Shown here piece after piece: positions 48,127-58,837 of a stretch of 64,000 nt of DNA. The position numbers and the translations under genes were made by a program. Under the pieces are notes generated by a model that saw nothing but the letters and a program-made list of their open reading frames with translations, ran no database searches and had not been told where the DNA came from. Origin of the DNA: a bacterium (GTDB lineage: Bacteria; UBA8248); NCBI GenBank assembly GCA_965203325.1, contig OZ241875.1:2496001-2560000 (forward strand), in the 5' to 3' direction. Position 1 is the first letter of the stretch; every line of letters begins with the position of its first letter.

Positions 48127-49038
48127 TTACTCGGGTTTCTTCACGTCTTTGTTTACGGAGCCTTGCAGGAAGCGCAGGAAATCACTGCTTGCGGGCAGCA
48201 CGAGAGTCGTCTTGTCCTTGAGCGAGCCCTCATACACCTCCAGGCTCTTCAGGAAGGCGTAGAATTCCTCATCCTGCCCGAACGCCTGGGCGTTGATGTC
48301 GATGCTCTTGGCGTCGCCCTCGCCCTTGATAGTCTGCTCTTTCTCATACGCTTCCGCGAGGAGCACGTCGCGCTCGCGGTTGGTTTCGGCCCGTATCTTC
48401 TCGGCCTGCTCTTTTCCCTCCGAGCGGTACTGGCGGGCGATTCTCTGCCGCTCGGCCCGCATGCGTCCGTAAATGGCCTTCAGGTTCTCGGCGGGCAAAT
48501 CGGCGCGCTTCAAGCGCACGTCCATAATCTGGATGCCGTAGGCGCGCGCTTTCTTGTCGCTTTCTTCTCTGACCTTGGCCATTAACTGCGCGCGTTCTTT
48601 CGCCACGATGTCGATCAAGTCCTTACGGCCGAGCTCCAGGCGCAGTTCACTGTAGATGATGTCGTCGAGGCGGGCCTGCGCCCCGGTCTCGTTGCGCACG
48701 GTGCGCAGAAACTGCAGCGGGTCGATAATGCGCCAGCGCGAGAAGTTGTCCACCACCAGGGATTTCTTGTCCTGCGTGATGATCTCCGTCGGGTTGGAGT
48801 CGTATTCGAGCAGGCGGCGGTCGAAGAACGTGAGTTGTTCCACGAACGGCAGCCGGTAGTGGAGGCCCGCGTCCCGCAAGACACGGACGGGTTTGCCGAA
48901 CCGGGTGACGACCACTTGCCTGTCTTCACGAATCGTGAACAGAAGCGAATTGAGGGCGAATACAACTATCAGGATCAAGACGAACAAGGCGATCGTCTTT
49001 TTGGGCAATTTTCTGGCTCCGGCTTCTTCGGCGCTCAT
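48127..49038 (-). CDS. hflC: FtsH protease modulator HflC
   Basis: SPFH domain; RMRAER and FYAFLKSLEVY motifs; ATGA-coupled to hflK. Confidence 0.92.
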   Translation of the reverse strand: MSAEEAGARKLPKKTIALFVLILIVVFALNSLLFTIREDRQVVVTRFGKPVRVLRDAGLHYRLPFVEQLTFFDRRLLEYDSNPTEIITQDKKSLVVDNFSRWRIIDPLQFLRTVRNETGAQARLDDIIYSELRLELGRKDLIDIVAKERAQLMAKVREESDKKARAYGIQIMDVRLKRADLPAENLKAIYGRMRAERQRIARQYRSEGKEQAEKIRAETNRERDVLLAEAYEKEQTIKGEGDAKSIDINAQAFGQDEEFYAFLKSLEVYEGSLKDKTTLVLPASSDFLRFLQGSVNKDVKKPE

Positions 49039-50081
49039 CGTTTCGTCACTCCTTCGATTCCGTTGCCCCGAAGCGGGAGGATGGGCAGCACGCCGGATTT
49101 ACCCTGATCGAGAATAACCTTGTCCACGGTCGGCATCACCTCTTTCATCATCTCCAGGTAGAGCCGCTCGCGCGTAATGGCCGGCGCTTTTTTGTATTCC
49201 TTGAGCGTCGCCAGGAAGCGATTCGCATCGCCTCGCGCGTGGCGGATCTTGGTCTCGCGGTAGGCTTCCGATTTCCTGATGATGGCGGCCACCTTGCCCC
49301 GCGTCTCCGGTATCACCTGGTTCTGGTAGCCCTGCGCCTCGTTCACGAGGCGGTTCCTGTCCTCACGGGCGCTGGCTACGTCCTTGAAGGCGTCGATGAC
49401 TTCTTTGGGCGGCGTCACGTCCTGTAGCTGCACCGCCACCACGCGCAATCCGGTTTCGTAGCGATCCAGTATCTTCTGAAGCTCCACGAGCGTCTCTTGC
49501 TGAATCGCGCCCTTTCCGGTGGTGAGCGCTTCGTCGATGGGCTTGCTGCCCACCACCTGCCGGATGGCGGCCTCGGCCGCGTGCACCACCGTCTCCCTGG
49601 GATTGCGCACCTTGAAGAGATATTTGTCCGCCTCCACGATGAGATACTGGACAATCATGTCCACATCCACCATGTTCTCGTCTCCGGTCAGCATTCTCGA
49701 CTCGTGGGGTTTGTCCGAATATCTGGCGGGAGGACCCGGGTCGATGGTGCGGAAGCCGATCTCCACGCGCTTCACTTCCGTCACCTTCGGCGTGTAGGCG
49801 GTCTCTATCGGAAACGGCATGTGGTAGTTCAAACCCGAGGACACCACCCGTTCGATGCGCCCGAACCGGAGAACGATCCCCTGCTCGTCCGGACCCACGC
49901 TGAAAATGCCCGATGCCAGCCAGATCAGGGCCACCACCACGAAAATGGCGGCAGAGGGAAGCTTGAAATTCGGCATGCGGAACTGCGGTATCTTGATCTG
50001 CGGCGGTATGCCGCCGCCACCGCCTCCTCCTCCGCTGCCCCCTTGTCTTCTCGATTTGAACTCATCCCAATCCATTGGCAT
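49035..50081 (-). CDS. hflK: FtsH protease modulator HflK
   Basis: Gly-rich N-terminus; MLTGDENMVDV, AFKDVASARED and TRERLYLE motifs. Confidence 0.92.
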   Translation of the reverse strand: MPMDWDEFKSRRQGGSGGGGGGGGIPPQIKIPQFRMPNFKLPSAAIFVVVALIWLASGIFSVGPDEQGIVLRFGRIERVVSSGLNYHMPFPIETAYTPKVTEVKRVEIGFRTIDPGPPARYSDKPHESRMLTGDENMVDVDMIVQYLIVEADKYLFKVRNPRETVVHAAEAAIRQVVGSKPIDEALTTGKGAIQQETLVELQKILDRYETGLRVVAVQLQDVTPPKEVIDAFKDVASAREDRNRLVNEAQGYQNQVIPETRGKVAAIIRKSEAYRETKIRHARGDANRFLATLKEYKKAPAITRERLYLEMMKEVMPTVDKVILDQGKSGVLPILPLRGNGIEGVTKR

Positions 50082-50187
50082 GAGCGTCTCTCCTATTGGC
50101 GACGTGTGATGTTTGGTCGGAAAGAGCGCGAAATGTCACCTCATCAAGCGCCCATCCGCCTCACCCTATGCGGGTTATGGATTGAAG

Positions 50188-51156
50188 TCAACCAACCCGA
50201 ATTCGTTTTTGGCGCACTTGGCGCCGGTTTTCCAGGATTTGCCTGCGCGAAGGCAGCCCGCCCTGCGCGCCGTGTTTTCTCACCGAACACGATCCGGCGC
50301 TGACGGCGAAGCGCACCGCTTCTCCAAACGCCGCACCCTCGGCCAGTTTCACTGCCAGCGCGCCGCAAAACGCATCGCCCGCGCCTGTCGTATCCACTGC
50401 CTCGACCTCGGGAGGAGGCCTCATCCAGGAGGCTCCTTCCTCATCCAGGAGAAATGCCCCTTTTTCACCCGCGGTAATGACGACCTGCGAAGGCCCCAAA
50501 TCCCGTAAAGCGCGCGACGCGCGCAGGAACTCCGCATCGGTTTCGGGTATTTCCCCGAGTCCGGCCAGATGCGCCGCCTCGGTTTCGTTGGGTGCGAGCA
50601 CGTCGGTCAGGCGGAGCAATTCATCGGGCAATTCCCCCGCCGCCGGAGCCGGGTTCAGGACGTTGCGGGCGCCGCGCCTTCTTCCTCTTTCGAATGCGGC
50701 CATGCCCGACGCGACCGGAACCTCGAGCTGCGCCAGAACGACGTCGCCGTAATCGAGAAGTCCCACCCTTCTTCTCATTCGCCCGGGCGTGAGAAGCGCG
50801 TTTGAACCGGGGGCCACGGCGATCTGGTTCTCGCCTTTCGCGTCCACCACGATCAGTGCGGCTCCCGTGCTCGCCTTGCAACGCAGTATTCCACCGGACG
50901 ATATCCCGCTCTCCGCCAGGTAGCGGCCATAGGCGTCTCCGCCCGCGTCGTTTCCCAGCATGGTGACGAAACGAACCTCGGCGCCGGCGCGGACGGCCGC
51001 CAGGGCCTGATTCGCCCCTTTGCCTCCCCAGAACTCACGCCGCTCATCCCCCATGACGGTCTCGCCGGCGGAGGGGAGCCTGTCCACGCGAACGACGATG
51101 TCGATGTTCGAACTCCCCAGCACCAAAACGGCGCTCTTTTTATTTTTCATCGTCAT
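50188..51156 (-). CDS. rbsK: Ribokinase (PfkB family)
   Basis: GSSNID, GGKGANQA, PNETEA and DTTGAGDAF motifs. Confidence 0.9.
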   Translation of the reverse strand: MTMKNKKSAVLVLGSSNIDIVVRVDRLPSAGETVMGDERREFWGGKGANQALAAVRAGAEVRFVTMLGNDAGGDAYGRYLAESGISSGGILRCKASTGAALIVVDAKGENQIAVAPGSNALLTPGRMRRRVGLLDYGDVVLAQLEVPVASGMAAFERGRRRGARNVLNPAPAAGELPDELLRLTDVLAPNETEAAHLAGLGEIPETDAEFLRASRALRDLGPSQVVITAGEKGAFLLDEEGASWMRPPPEVEAVDTTGAGDAFCGALAVKLAEGAAFGEAVRFAVSAGSCSVRKHGAQGGLPSRRQILENRRQVRQKRIRVG

Positions 51157-52153
51157 CCCATCCGCGATACCTGCGCAGATGCGAGGTGAAAAACGCCAGA
51201 AAACCCTCCACATCCAGGTCCAGGGCCACGTCGACGGGGTTCTTGACCCGTGCGTCCCTGTATTCGCGCAAATCCACCACCGTCATTCCGCGCGCAATGC
51301 CTTTACTTGCGTCCACGTCCACGCGGCAGGGGGCGGTCTCCACCAAATCCGGCTCCATCGCGACGGCCAGCGCCAGGGGATCGTGCAGGGTGATGTCGTC
51401 GGCACCCCGCCGTTTCCGGGAGAACCGCGCGTAGACTTTGATGAGGTCTCTCAGCGCAGCGCGGAACGACCCGCCGCCCCCCAATTCATCGACGCTCATG
51501 AGCGCGCGCCTCGTCACGTCCAGACCCACCATGGTGACGGGCAGACCGGATGAGAACACCTCCTTCGCCGCCAGAGGGTCGCAATAGATGTTGAACTCGG
51601 CCGCAGGCGTTACGTTCCCGGGCATCCGGGCGGCTCCTCCCATGACCACAATCCGCTTCACGCGGGAGAAGACCCCGGGCGCGCGCCGAAGCGCCAGGGC
51701 CAGATTCGTGAGCGGCCCCAGCGTGATGATGGTCAACGCCGAACCCCGCCTTGCAGCCTCCTCGACGATTACCTCCCAGGCCGGTTTCGAACTCCCCCCG
51801 CCCAGGCGGCGCAAGCGCTTGTTGTCGTCGAACATCGCTCCCATGCCCTCGGCCCCGTGAATCATTCGTGATTCGCTCCGGTTCAGGCGGCTCCCGTCCA
51901 GGGCCAGTGAGGCGCCCGGATAAACGGGAACTTCCGGAGCGTGAGGTTCGAGATGATCGCGCAGGAACGAGACGAGCCTCCTCGCGTTCCGGTAGGCCAG
52001 ACGCGCGGAAACGTTGCCGTGCACGGTCGTCACGGCGTCATACCGGAAAAAAGGCGATGCGAAACCCATCGCCAGAGCCAGCGCGTCATCCACGCCCGGG
52101 TCGCAATCCACCAGCGCGTACCGGACCGGCGATTCGCTTTTATTTCCCGTCAT
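51140..52153 (-). CDS. Nucleoside hydrolase (IUNH family)
   Basis: DCDPGVDD, LGPLTNLA, AEFNIYCDP and LHDPLA motifs. Confidence 0.92.
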   Translation of the reverse strand: MTGNKSESPVRYALVDCDPGVDDALALAMGFASPFFRYDAVTTVHGNVSARLAYRNARRLVSFLRDHLEPHAPEVPVYPGASLALDGSRLNRSESRMIHGAEGMGAMFDDNKRLRRLGGGSSKPAWEVIVEEAARRGSALTIITLGPLTNLALALRRAPGVFSRVKRIVVMGGAARMPGNVTPAAEFNIYCDPLAAKEVFSSGLPVTMVGLDVTRRALMSVDELGGGGSFRAALRDLIKVYARFSRKRRGADDITLHDPLALAVAMEPDLVETAPCRVDVDASKGIARGMTVVDLREYRDARVKNPVDVALDLDVEGFLAFFTSHLRRYRGWDDDEK

Positions 52154-52570
52154 CACACAAGGCCTCACGCGTTATTGTGAAAATTCGTATCCTATCGTAT
52201 GGACTTCAGGCTTTTTGATGCAAACAACAATGATTTGCCCGGTGATGCAATGTTTCTCACCTCTCAAGATTCGGCCGAGCAAGGCGAAACGAGAGCTTAT
52301 CATTCAATAACGATAAATATATCAATGAGTTAATCTTAACCGCCCGTTATATTTCATAATTTATATTATTGCCCCTTCTTTCACAAAATCAGATAATTCA
52401 TTAAATTTCAATATTTTAGCTGGAATTGCTCCTGCCGATAATTGACAAAGCGCCTGTTTTCATATACTTATGTCTGGTTTATAGAATTTGAGTTGCGCAG
52501 AATTACCCTTAATTACATGGTGCCGCAAATCTTTTGATCTCCACTCGAGAGGCTTCCCCATAACTTAGAA

Positions 52571-54670
52571 ATGGCCAAATCCGCATCGTCTTCCACGACA
52601 AGAAGAAGAATTGTAGCCGCAATCGACATTGGTGGCACGTTTACCGACATCGCGATTTACAATCCATCGAACGGAAAAACCGCTGTGGGCAAGTATCTCA
52701 CGACGCCCAACGATCCTTCCATCGGCGCGCTTGCGGGTCTTCGAACGCTGCTCGACGAGGAAAGCCTGCGGTTCCGTGATCTCGGTCAGGCGATTCATGC
52801 GACCACCCTCGCCACCAACGCGATTATCGAGAAAAAAGGAGCGGCCACCGGTCTTCTCGCAACGAAGGGATTCGCCGACATCTTGTTGATGGGCCGTGAA
52901 TCCAGATATGACATCTACGACCTCGTGCCGGAATTCCCGGTACCTCTGGTCTCCGGGCCTTATCGCCGCGAGTTGACCGAGCGGATTTCCGCGACCGGGG
53001 AGATCCTCCAGCCCCTCAGCACCCAGGAGGTGAAGGTAACGATTCAGGAACTCGTGGAAAAAGGGGCGAAATCCATAGCGGTCTGCCTCTTGCACTCCTA
53101 CGCCAATCCGGCCCATGAGACCGAAGTCGGCGAAGCGATAGCGCAATCGTTTCCCGATGTGAGCTTCAGCCTCTCCTCACAGGTTTGCCCGGAGATCAGG
53201 GAATACGAAAGGACTTCCACCACGGTAGCCAACGCCTACATACAGCCCATCGTCTCGAAGTATCTCGAAGATCTGGAAGTCAACCTCGAAAACGTCTCGC
53301 TCTACATCATGCTGTCGAACGGCGGCATCGCCACGGCGCAATCCGCCGGACGCAGCCCCATACGCATGTTCGAATCGGGACCTGCGGCGGGGGCGCTCTC
53401 CTCGGCCTATTTCGGGAAACTCGGCGGATTCGAGAATCTCATCGCCTTCGACATGGGCGGCACCACCGCCAAATCCTGCATCATTGAGAACGGCGAACCG
53501 CACCTGTCCGTCCAATTCGAGATTGCGCGCGTCAAGCGCTTCACCAAGGGCAGTGGAATGCCCATCCAGGTGCCGTGCATCGATCTCATCGAAGTCGGCG
53601 CCGGCGGAGGCAGCATCGCGCGAATCGACGATCTGGGGCTGCTCAAGGTCGGCCCCGAGAGCCAGGGAGCATCCCCCGGACCCGCCTGCTACGGCCTCGG
53701 CGGAGAAGAGCCCACGGTGACCGACGCCAACCTGCTTCTCGGCTACATCAATCCCGATTATTTCCTGGGCGGCGAGATGCCGGTTTTCCCCGAGGCGGCA
53801 TCCGAAGCCATTCGCACCAAAATCGCCGAGCCGATGAAGATCGAAGAGATCCAGGCGGCCTGGGGCATTCATGAACTCGTGAATGAAACGATGGCCGCCG
53901 CCGCGCGCATCAAGCTCTCGGAGCGCGGAAAAGACCCGCGCAACTTCACCCTCATGGCCACCGGCGGCGCGGGACCCGTTCACGCCTTCCGGCTTGCGCG
54001 CAAGGTGGGGCTCAAGCGCATCGTCTGCCCGCCGGGCGCGGGATTGGCTTCCAGCCTGGGGCTCCACACCGTCCCTTTCAAGGTGGACACCGTGGACAGC
54101 CAGGTGATGCCGCTCGAAGACGTGAACCTCACCAAACTGAACGACACGTTCAACCGGCGGGAAAAGCGGCTTCGCCAGGTACTCACCGACGCAGGCGTGC
54201 GGGAACGCGAAATCCGGATTCAGCGTATGGCGGACATCAGCTTCGAGGGGCAGGGCTTCCCGCTGACCATTCCCATACCGAGCGGAAAACTGACGCGAAA
54301 CCATTTTGGAGAAATCAGCGAAACCTATCGCGAACACTACGCCTCGGCTCATGGGCGCGCCATCGACGAAGTGCCGCTGCAAGTGTTCGGCTGGCGCATC
54401 TTCGGCATGGGGCCGGAACCCAACGTGCGGTTTGATTTCTCGAATCTACCCGAAACAGAAGTGAAAAACGCTTTGAAGGGCAACCGTCGCATCTACATGC
54501 CGGAAAACAAGGGATTCCGGAAGGTAAACATTTTCGACCGCTATCTGTTGAAACCGGGACAGAAGACCAAAGGGCCGGCGTTGGTGGAAGAGAAAATGAC
54601 GACGACCGTCATCGGGCCGCGCTCGAACTTCCAGGTCGATAAATTCCAGAACCTGATCATCGAACTCTAG
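52571..54670 (+). CDS. Hydantoinase/oxoprolinase family subunit A
   Basis: DIGGTFTD, HATTLATNA, ESGPAAG, DMGGTT and GAGGGSIA motifs. Confidence 0.92.
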   Translation: MAKSASSSTTRRRIVAAIDIGGTFTDIAIYNPSNGKTAVGKYLTTPNDPSIGALAGLRTLLDEESLRFRDLGQAIHATTLATNAIIEKKGAATGLLATKGFADILLMGRESRYDIYDLVPEFPVPLVSGPYRRELTERISATGEILQPLSTQEVKVTIQELVEKGAKSIAVCLLHSYANPAHETEVGEAIAQSFPDVSFSLSSQVCPEIREYERTSTTVANAYIQPIVSKYLEDLEVNLENVSLYIMLSNGGIATAQSAGRSPIRMFESGPAAGALSSAYFGKLGGFENLIAFDMGGTTAKSCIIENGEPHLSVQFEIARVKRFTKGSGMPIQVPCIDLIEVGAGGGSIARIDDLGLLKVGPESQGASPGPACYGLGGEEPTVTDANLLLGYINPDYFLGGEMPVFPEAASEAIRTKIAEPMKIEEIQAAWGIHELVNETMAAAARIKLSERGKDPRNFTLMATGGAGPVHAFRLARKVGLKRIVCPPGAGLASSLGLHTVPFKVDTVDSQVMPLEDVNLTKLNDTFNRREKRLRQVLTDAGVREREIRIQRMADISFEGQGFPLTIPIPSGKLTRNHFGEISETYREHYASAHGRAIDEVPLQVFGWRIFGMGPEPNVRFDFSNLPETEVKNALKGNRRIYMPENKGFRKVNIFDRYLLKPGQKTKGPALVEEKMTTTVIGPRSNFQVDKFQNLIIEL

Positions 54671-54683
54671 GAGAGATTACAAT

Positions 54684-56345
54684 ATGGCCCGCAAGGGTAT
54701 CGATTCCATTACCCTGGAAGTCCTCTGGAACCGCTTCATCGCCATCGCCGAGGAAGCGGCCACCGAGATCGTCCGCACCGCTTTTTCGACCACGATACGC
54801 GAATCGAGAAATTTCTCCGTCATCATATTGAACCCCAATGGACAGTCCATCGCCCAGGCCAGATCCACCATGCCCAGTTTCGTGGGCGCGTTGCCGATTA
54901 CGGCCAAAAAACTTCTTCAGATTTTCCCGCAGGACACGTTTGAACCCGACGATCTCATACTCACGAACGACCCGTGGATGGGAACCGGTCACCTCCAGGA
55001 TCTCACTTCGCTCACGCCGGTGTTCTACAAATCGAAGCTGGTCGCTCTCATCGGCATCACCACCCAGGTGACGGACATGGGGGGAAAACTGCGTTCCCCC
55101 GAAGTGCGCGAGATTTACGAAGAAGGCCTCCAGCTTCCGCCCTGCAAGTACATGTCGGCGGGCCAGATCAACGAGGATATCCTGAGAATCATCAGAAAGA
55201 ACGTGCGCGTGCCGAACCAGGTGGAGGGAGACATGATCTCCCACATGTCCGCCGGGAGGCTCGCCGCCCGGCGCATCGGCGAGATGCTCGAAGAATATAA
55301 GCTCGCCGACATCGAGGCGCCGGCCACCACGATCTTCCAGCGTTCCGAAAACGCCATGCGCGAGGCCATCAAGAAAGTGGAGGACGGGGAATACCGCTTC
55401 CAGGTATCCACCGACGGATATGACGAGCCGCTCGTCATCCGTGTGGAGGTCAAGGTGCGCGGCAGCAGCATTCTGGTGGACTATACGGGGTCATCCCCTC
55501 AGGTCGACCGCGGCCTGAACGCCGTTTTGAGCTACGTCTATTCCTATTCCGCCTATTCGCTCAAATGCCTGTTCTGTCCGCAGATTCCCAACAACGAGGG
55601 CAACTTCCGGCCCGTGACGGTATCGGCGCCCGAGGGCAGCATCCTGAATCCGCGTTATCCGGCTCCCGTGAACGGCCGCTCCATGGTGGGGCACTTCATT
55701 CCCTCGGCCATTTTCGGCGCGCTGTGCAAGGCGGTTCCCAATCTCGTGCAGGCGGCCAGCGGCAGCCCCACGTGGGCCATCAACGCGGCGGGCATCACCA
55801 AGGAGAGCAGGCGCTTCGCCGGCAATTTCTTTCTCCACGGAGGACAGGGCGCGACGGACAGACACGATGGGCGCGTATGTCTCGATTTCCCCTCGAACAC
55901 GTCGAACACGCCCATCGAAATCCTGGAGCATCTCGTCCCCTTGCTGGTGGAGCGAAAGGCGTCCATCAGAGACAGCGGTGGCTCGGGCAAGTACGCTGGC
56001 GGCAACGGCCAGCAGGTCATCGTGAAATCGCTCTCCGACGGACCGATTCTCCTCACCTTCATGAGCGAGCGCACACGGCATCCCGCCTACGGGCTGTTCG
56101 GCGGAAAAAACGGGCGCGTCGGCAAGGTGACCCTGAACGGCCGCCCCATCAACCCCAAGCGCCAATGGGTGATGAACCAAAGCGACAGGCTCGTGCTCGA
56201 AGTGCCGAGCGGGGGCGGTTACGGCGACCCGAAGGACCGCTCCTTCTACTCCATCGAACGCGACCTGCAGGAAGGGCTGCTCTCCGTACAAAAAGCCAGA
56301 GCCGAATACAACTACGACGGCGATTTCACCGCCGTCGACCTGTAG
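54684..56345 (+). CDS. Hydantoinase B/oxoprolinase family subunit
   Basis: RTAFSTTIRE, NDPWMGTGHLQD, DSGGSGKYAGG and GGGYGDP motifs. Confidence 0.92.
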   Translation: MARKGIDSITLEVLWNRFIAIAEEAATEIVRTAFSTTIRESRNFSVIILNPNGQSIAQARSTMPSFVGALPITAKKLLQIFPQDTFEPDDLILTNDPWMGTGHLQDLTSLTPVFYKSKLVALIGITTQVTDMGGKLRSPEVREIYEEGLQLPPCKYMSAGQINEDILRIIRKNVRVPNQVEGDMISHMSAGRLAARRIGEMLEEYKLADIEAPATTIFQRSENAMREAIKKVEDGEYRFQVSTDGYDEPLVIRVEVKVRGSSILVDYTGSSPQVDRGLNAVLSYVYSYSAYSLKCLFCPQIPNNEGNFRPVTVSAPEGSILNPRYPAPVNGRSMVGHFIPSAIFGALCKAVPNLVQAASGSPTWAINAAGITKESRRFAGNFFLHGGQGATDRHDGRVCLDFPSNTSNTPIEILEHLVPLLVERKASIRDSGGSGKYAGGNGQQVIVKSLSDGPILLTFMSERTRHPAYGLFGGKNGRVGKVTLNGRPINPKRQWVMNQSDRLVLEVPSGGGYGDPKDRSFYSIERDLQEGLLSVQKARAEYNYDGDFTAVDL

Positions 56346-56353
56346 TTCTCCCG

Positions 56354-57358
56354 ATGCCTTCGAAAAAACGGTGGGCCGCCGTCACCTCCACACCCGATTT
56401 GCCCATCGCCATGGCGCCCGTGAAAAGGGCGATGGCGGGCGTCGCGCCCGTTCGCGCCGTGGCGCTGCCCTTTCGGCCCCTGGACAAGGCGGAAGAGGCC
56501 GCCTTCGCCAGGAAACTGCGAGGCGCGGAAGGGATTCTTCTGCGCCCGGGCTACATCACCGCCTCTTTGCTTGACCTGCTGCCGGACCTGCGGGTCGTGG
56601 CCGTGCACGGCGCGGGCGTGGACCAGGTCGACGTGGCCGCCTGCACGGAGCGCGGCGTACTCGTCACCAACACGCCGGGGGCCAACGCGAACGCCGTGGC
56701 CGAACTGACGCTTGCGTTGATCCTTTCTCTGGCCAGACGCATTCCACAGGCGGCCTCCCGGGTGGAAGCGGAGCGGGTATGGGGCGAGGCGCGCCACACT
56801 GGGGTGGAACTCAAGGGAAAAACGCTGGGGCTCATCGGGGTCGGACAAATCGGGAGCCGGCTCGCGAAAATGGCGCTTGGGATGGGCATGAAGGTCCTCG
56901 CCCATGACCCGGGCGTCAGTAGCGAGGACATCAGGGCGCGCGGCGCAAGACCCGCGCGATTCGAGACCCTCCTGGGCCGGGCCGATTTCATCTCGCTTCA
57001 CGCGCCGCTCACGCCCGAGACCCATCACCTGATCGACAAACAAGCGATCTCGAAAATGAAAAAAGGCGCGTTTCTCATAAACGCCGCGAGGGGCCCGCTG
57101 GTGGATGAGGCGGCGCTGGCGCGCGCGCTGGGGAGCGGCAAAATCGGCGGGGCGGCCCTCGACGTGCTCGAAGGCGAACCGCCCGATCCCGAAAGCCCCA
57201 TCTTCGATGCGCCCAACCTCATCCTCACGCCGCACATGGCGGGTTCCACGCACGAGTGTCTCGAAGCCATCGCCGCGTGGGCGGGGGAGGACATCGCCCG
57301 CGTCATGAGCGGCAAGAAGCCGAAATATCCGGTGAACGAACCCGGGAAACCCGCCTGA
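56354..57358 (+). CDS. D-isomer specific 2-hydroxyacid dehydrogenase (SerA-like)
   Basis: GAGVDQVD, GVGQIG, INAARG, LDVLEGEP and TPHMAG motifs. Confidence 0.9.
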   Translation: MPSKKRWAAVTSTPDLPIAMAPVKRAMAGVAPVRAVALPFRPLDKAEEAAFARKLRGAEGILLRPGYITASLLDLLPDLRVVAVHGAGVDQVDVAACTERGVLVTNTPGANANAVAELTLALILSLARRIPQAASRVEAERVWGEARHTGVELKGKTLGLIGVGQIGSRLAKMALGMGMKVLAHDPGVSSEDIRARGARPARFETLLGRADFISLHAPLTPETHHLIDKQAISKMKKGAFLINAARGPLVDEAALARALGSGKIGGAALDVLEGEPPDPESPIFDAPNLILTPHMAGSTHECLEAIAAWAGEDIARVMSGKKPKYPVNEPGKPA

Positions 57359-57539
57359 CCCCCGTTTCGGCCGAAAACCACGTAAGTCCTTGTACATCAA
57401 ATATATAAATTACCATTTATTTATCGAAAGACACGTTCATAGTCCCGCCCTATAGACAATCGTACGACTGGATACCCATAAACACGATAAACTCCTGTAT
57501 TAAAAGCGATAATTATCATATTTTCTTTTTCACCTCCCC

Positions 57540-57568
57540 TTGCATTTACGTCATATTTACGCTATAAC
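57540..57568 (+). promoter_or_regulatory. Sigma70-type promoter of the integrase pair
   Basis: TTGCAT-17 bp-TATAAC. Confidence 0.6.
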
Positions 57569-57655
57569 GGACGCATATTTGATGCCGGACGTATGCGATT
57601 TGATTACGGATCGTCCATATCCTCCGGCCTGTGCCACGATTTCCTGGGAGTCCCC

Positions 57656-58837
57656 ATGCCGAAAAGAAGCGAACGCAAGCTTACCAAACGCGTGGTCGAT
57701 GCGCTATCCGTCGAGACGAACGACGCCGTCTTCTGGGACCGGGAGCTGGCGGGCTTCGGAGTGCGGGTCTACGCCACGGGCCGGAAGGTCTACGTGGTGC
57801 AGTCACGGGGTCCGTGGGGTCCCAAACGCGTGGCGCTGGGCAAACACGGCGAGATGTCCACTGATGAGGCGAGGAAGACGGCGGCCGGCGTCATCGACCG
57901 CATCAAGCGGGGCGAGGAGCCCGAGCCCAAGCCGCCCGAGGCGGCGCCCACGGTGGAGGGGCTTGCCGGGCGTTTCATGCGCGACCATGCCGAAACGCAC
58001 TGCAAGCCCGACACCGTCAGACTGTACAGTTCCCTGCTCGGGAACCACATCGTTCCGGCGCTGGGCGGGACCAGGCTCGCCGATGTCGGCCGTGCGGAGG
58101 TATCGGAGTTGCACCACCGGTTGCGTGAGACGCCCGCCGTGGCCAACGCGGTGGCGGGCCTTCTCTCCAGAATGTTCAAGATGGCCGAGGCGTGGGGACT
58201 GGTTCCGCCCGGGGAGAACCCGTGCCGGGGGCTGCGCCGCTACCGGACGCGCAAGCGCGAGCGGTTCCTGACGCCAGAGGAGTTCCGCCGCCTGGGCCGG
58301 GCGCTCAGGGAGATTGAGGCCGAGGGGAATGCGTGGCCGGCCGCGGCCGCGGCGATCAGGCTCCTGGCGCTGACCGGGTGCAGGCGGGGCGAGATACTGG
58401 ATCTGAGGTGGGACGACGTGGACCGCACGACGGGTGAACTCAGGCTCCGGGACGCCAAGGCGGGCCCGCGCATGGCGCCCCTGACCAAACCCGTATCGAG
58501 GGTGCTGGAGGGGATCCCCCGCTTGTCGGACAACCCCTGGGTGATCTCTTCAAGGCATGGGAGGGGCCGCCTGGGGAACCTCTCCTACTACTGGGGGGCC
58601 GTGAGGGAGCGGGCGGGGCTTCATGATGTCCGCATTCATGACCTTCGGCACTCGTACGCCAGCCGGGCGCTGGCGCTAAACGAGAGTCTGTCCGCGATCG
58701 GCAGGCTGCTCGGACACCATCACGTGGTGAGCACGGCGCGCTACGCGCACCTGATGCGGGACGCCGAGAAGGCGGCGGCCGCCCGGGTGGGCGAGAGCAT
58801 CGGCGTCCACGTCACGAACGGGAGGATGGAGCGATGA
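57656..58837 (+). CDS. Tyrosine integrase with N-terminal arm-DNA-binding (DUF4102-like) domain
   Basis: WDRELAGFGVRV; catalytic TGCRRGE, HDLRH, LLGH..TARY; GGGAG RBS. Confidence 0.9.
   Translation: MPKRSERKLTKRVVDALSVETNDAVFWDRELAGFGVRVYATGRKVYVVQSRGPWGPKRVALGKHGEMSTDEARKTAAGVIDRIKRGEEPEPKPPEAAPTVEGLAGRFMRDHAETHCKPDTVRLYSSLLGNHIVPALGGTRLADVGRAEVSELHHRLRETPAVANAVAGLLSRMFKMAEAWGLVPPGENPCRGLRRYRTRKRERFLTPEEFRRLGRALREIEAEGNAWPAAAAAIRLLALTGCRRGEILDLRWDDVDRTTGELRLRDAKAGPRMAPLTKPVSRVLEGIPRLSDNPWVISSRHGRGRLGNLSYYWGAVRERAGLHDVRIHDLRHSYASRALALNESLSAIGRLLGHHHVVSTARYAHLMRDAEKAAAARVGESIGVHVTNGRMER

Noticed and set aside
52442..52468. Sigma70 promoter of the hydantoinase operon (TTGACA...TATACT)
   Set aside because: The spacer is only 15 bp; plausible but too weak to list as a feature.
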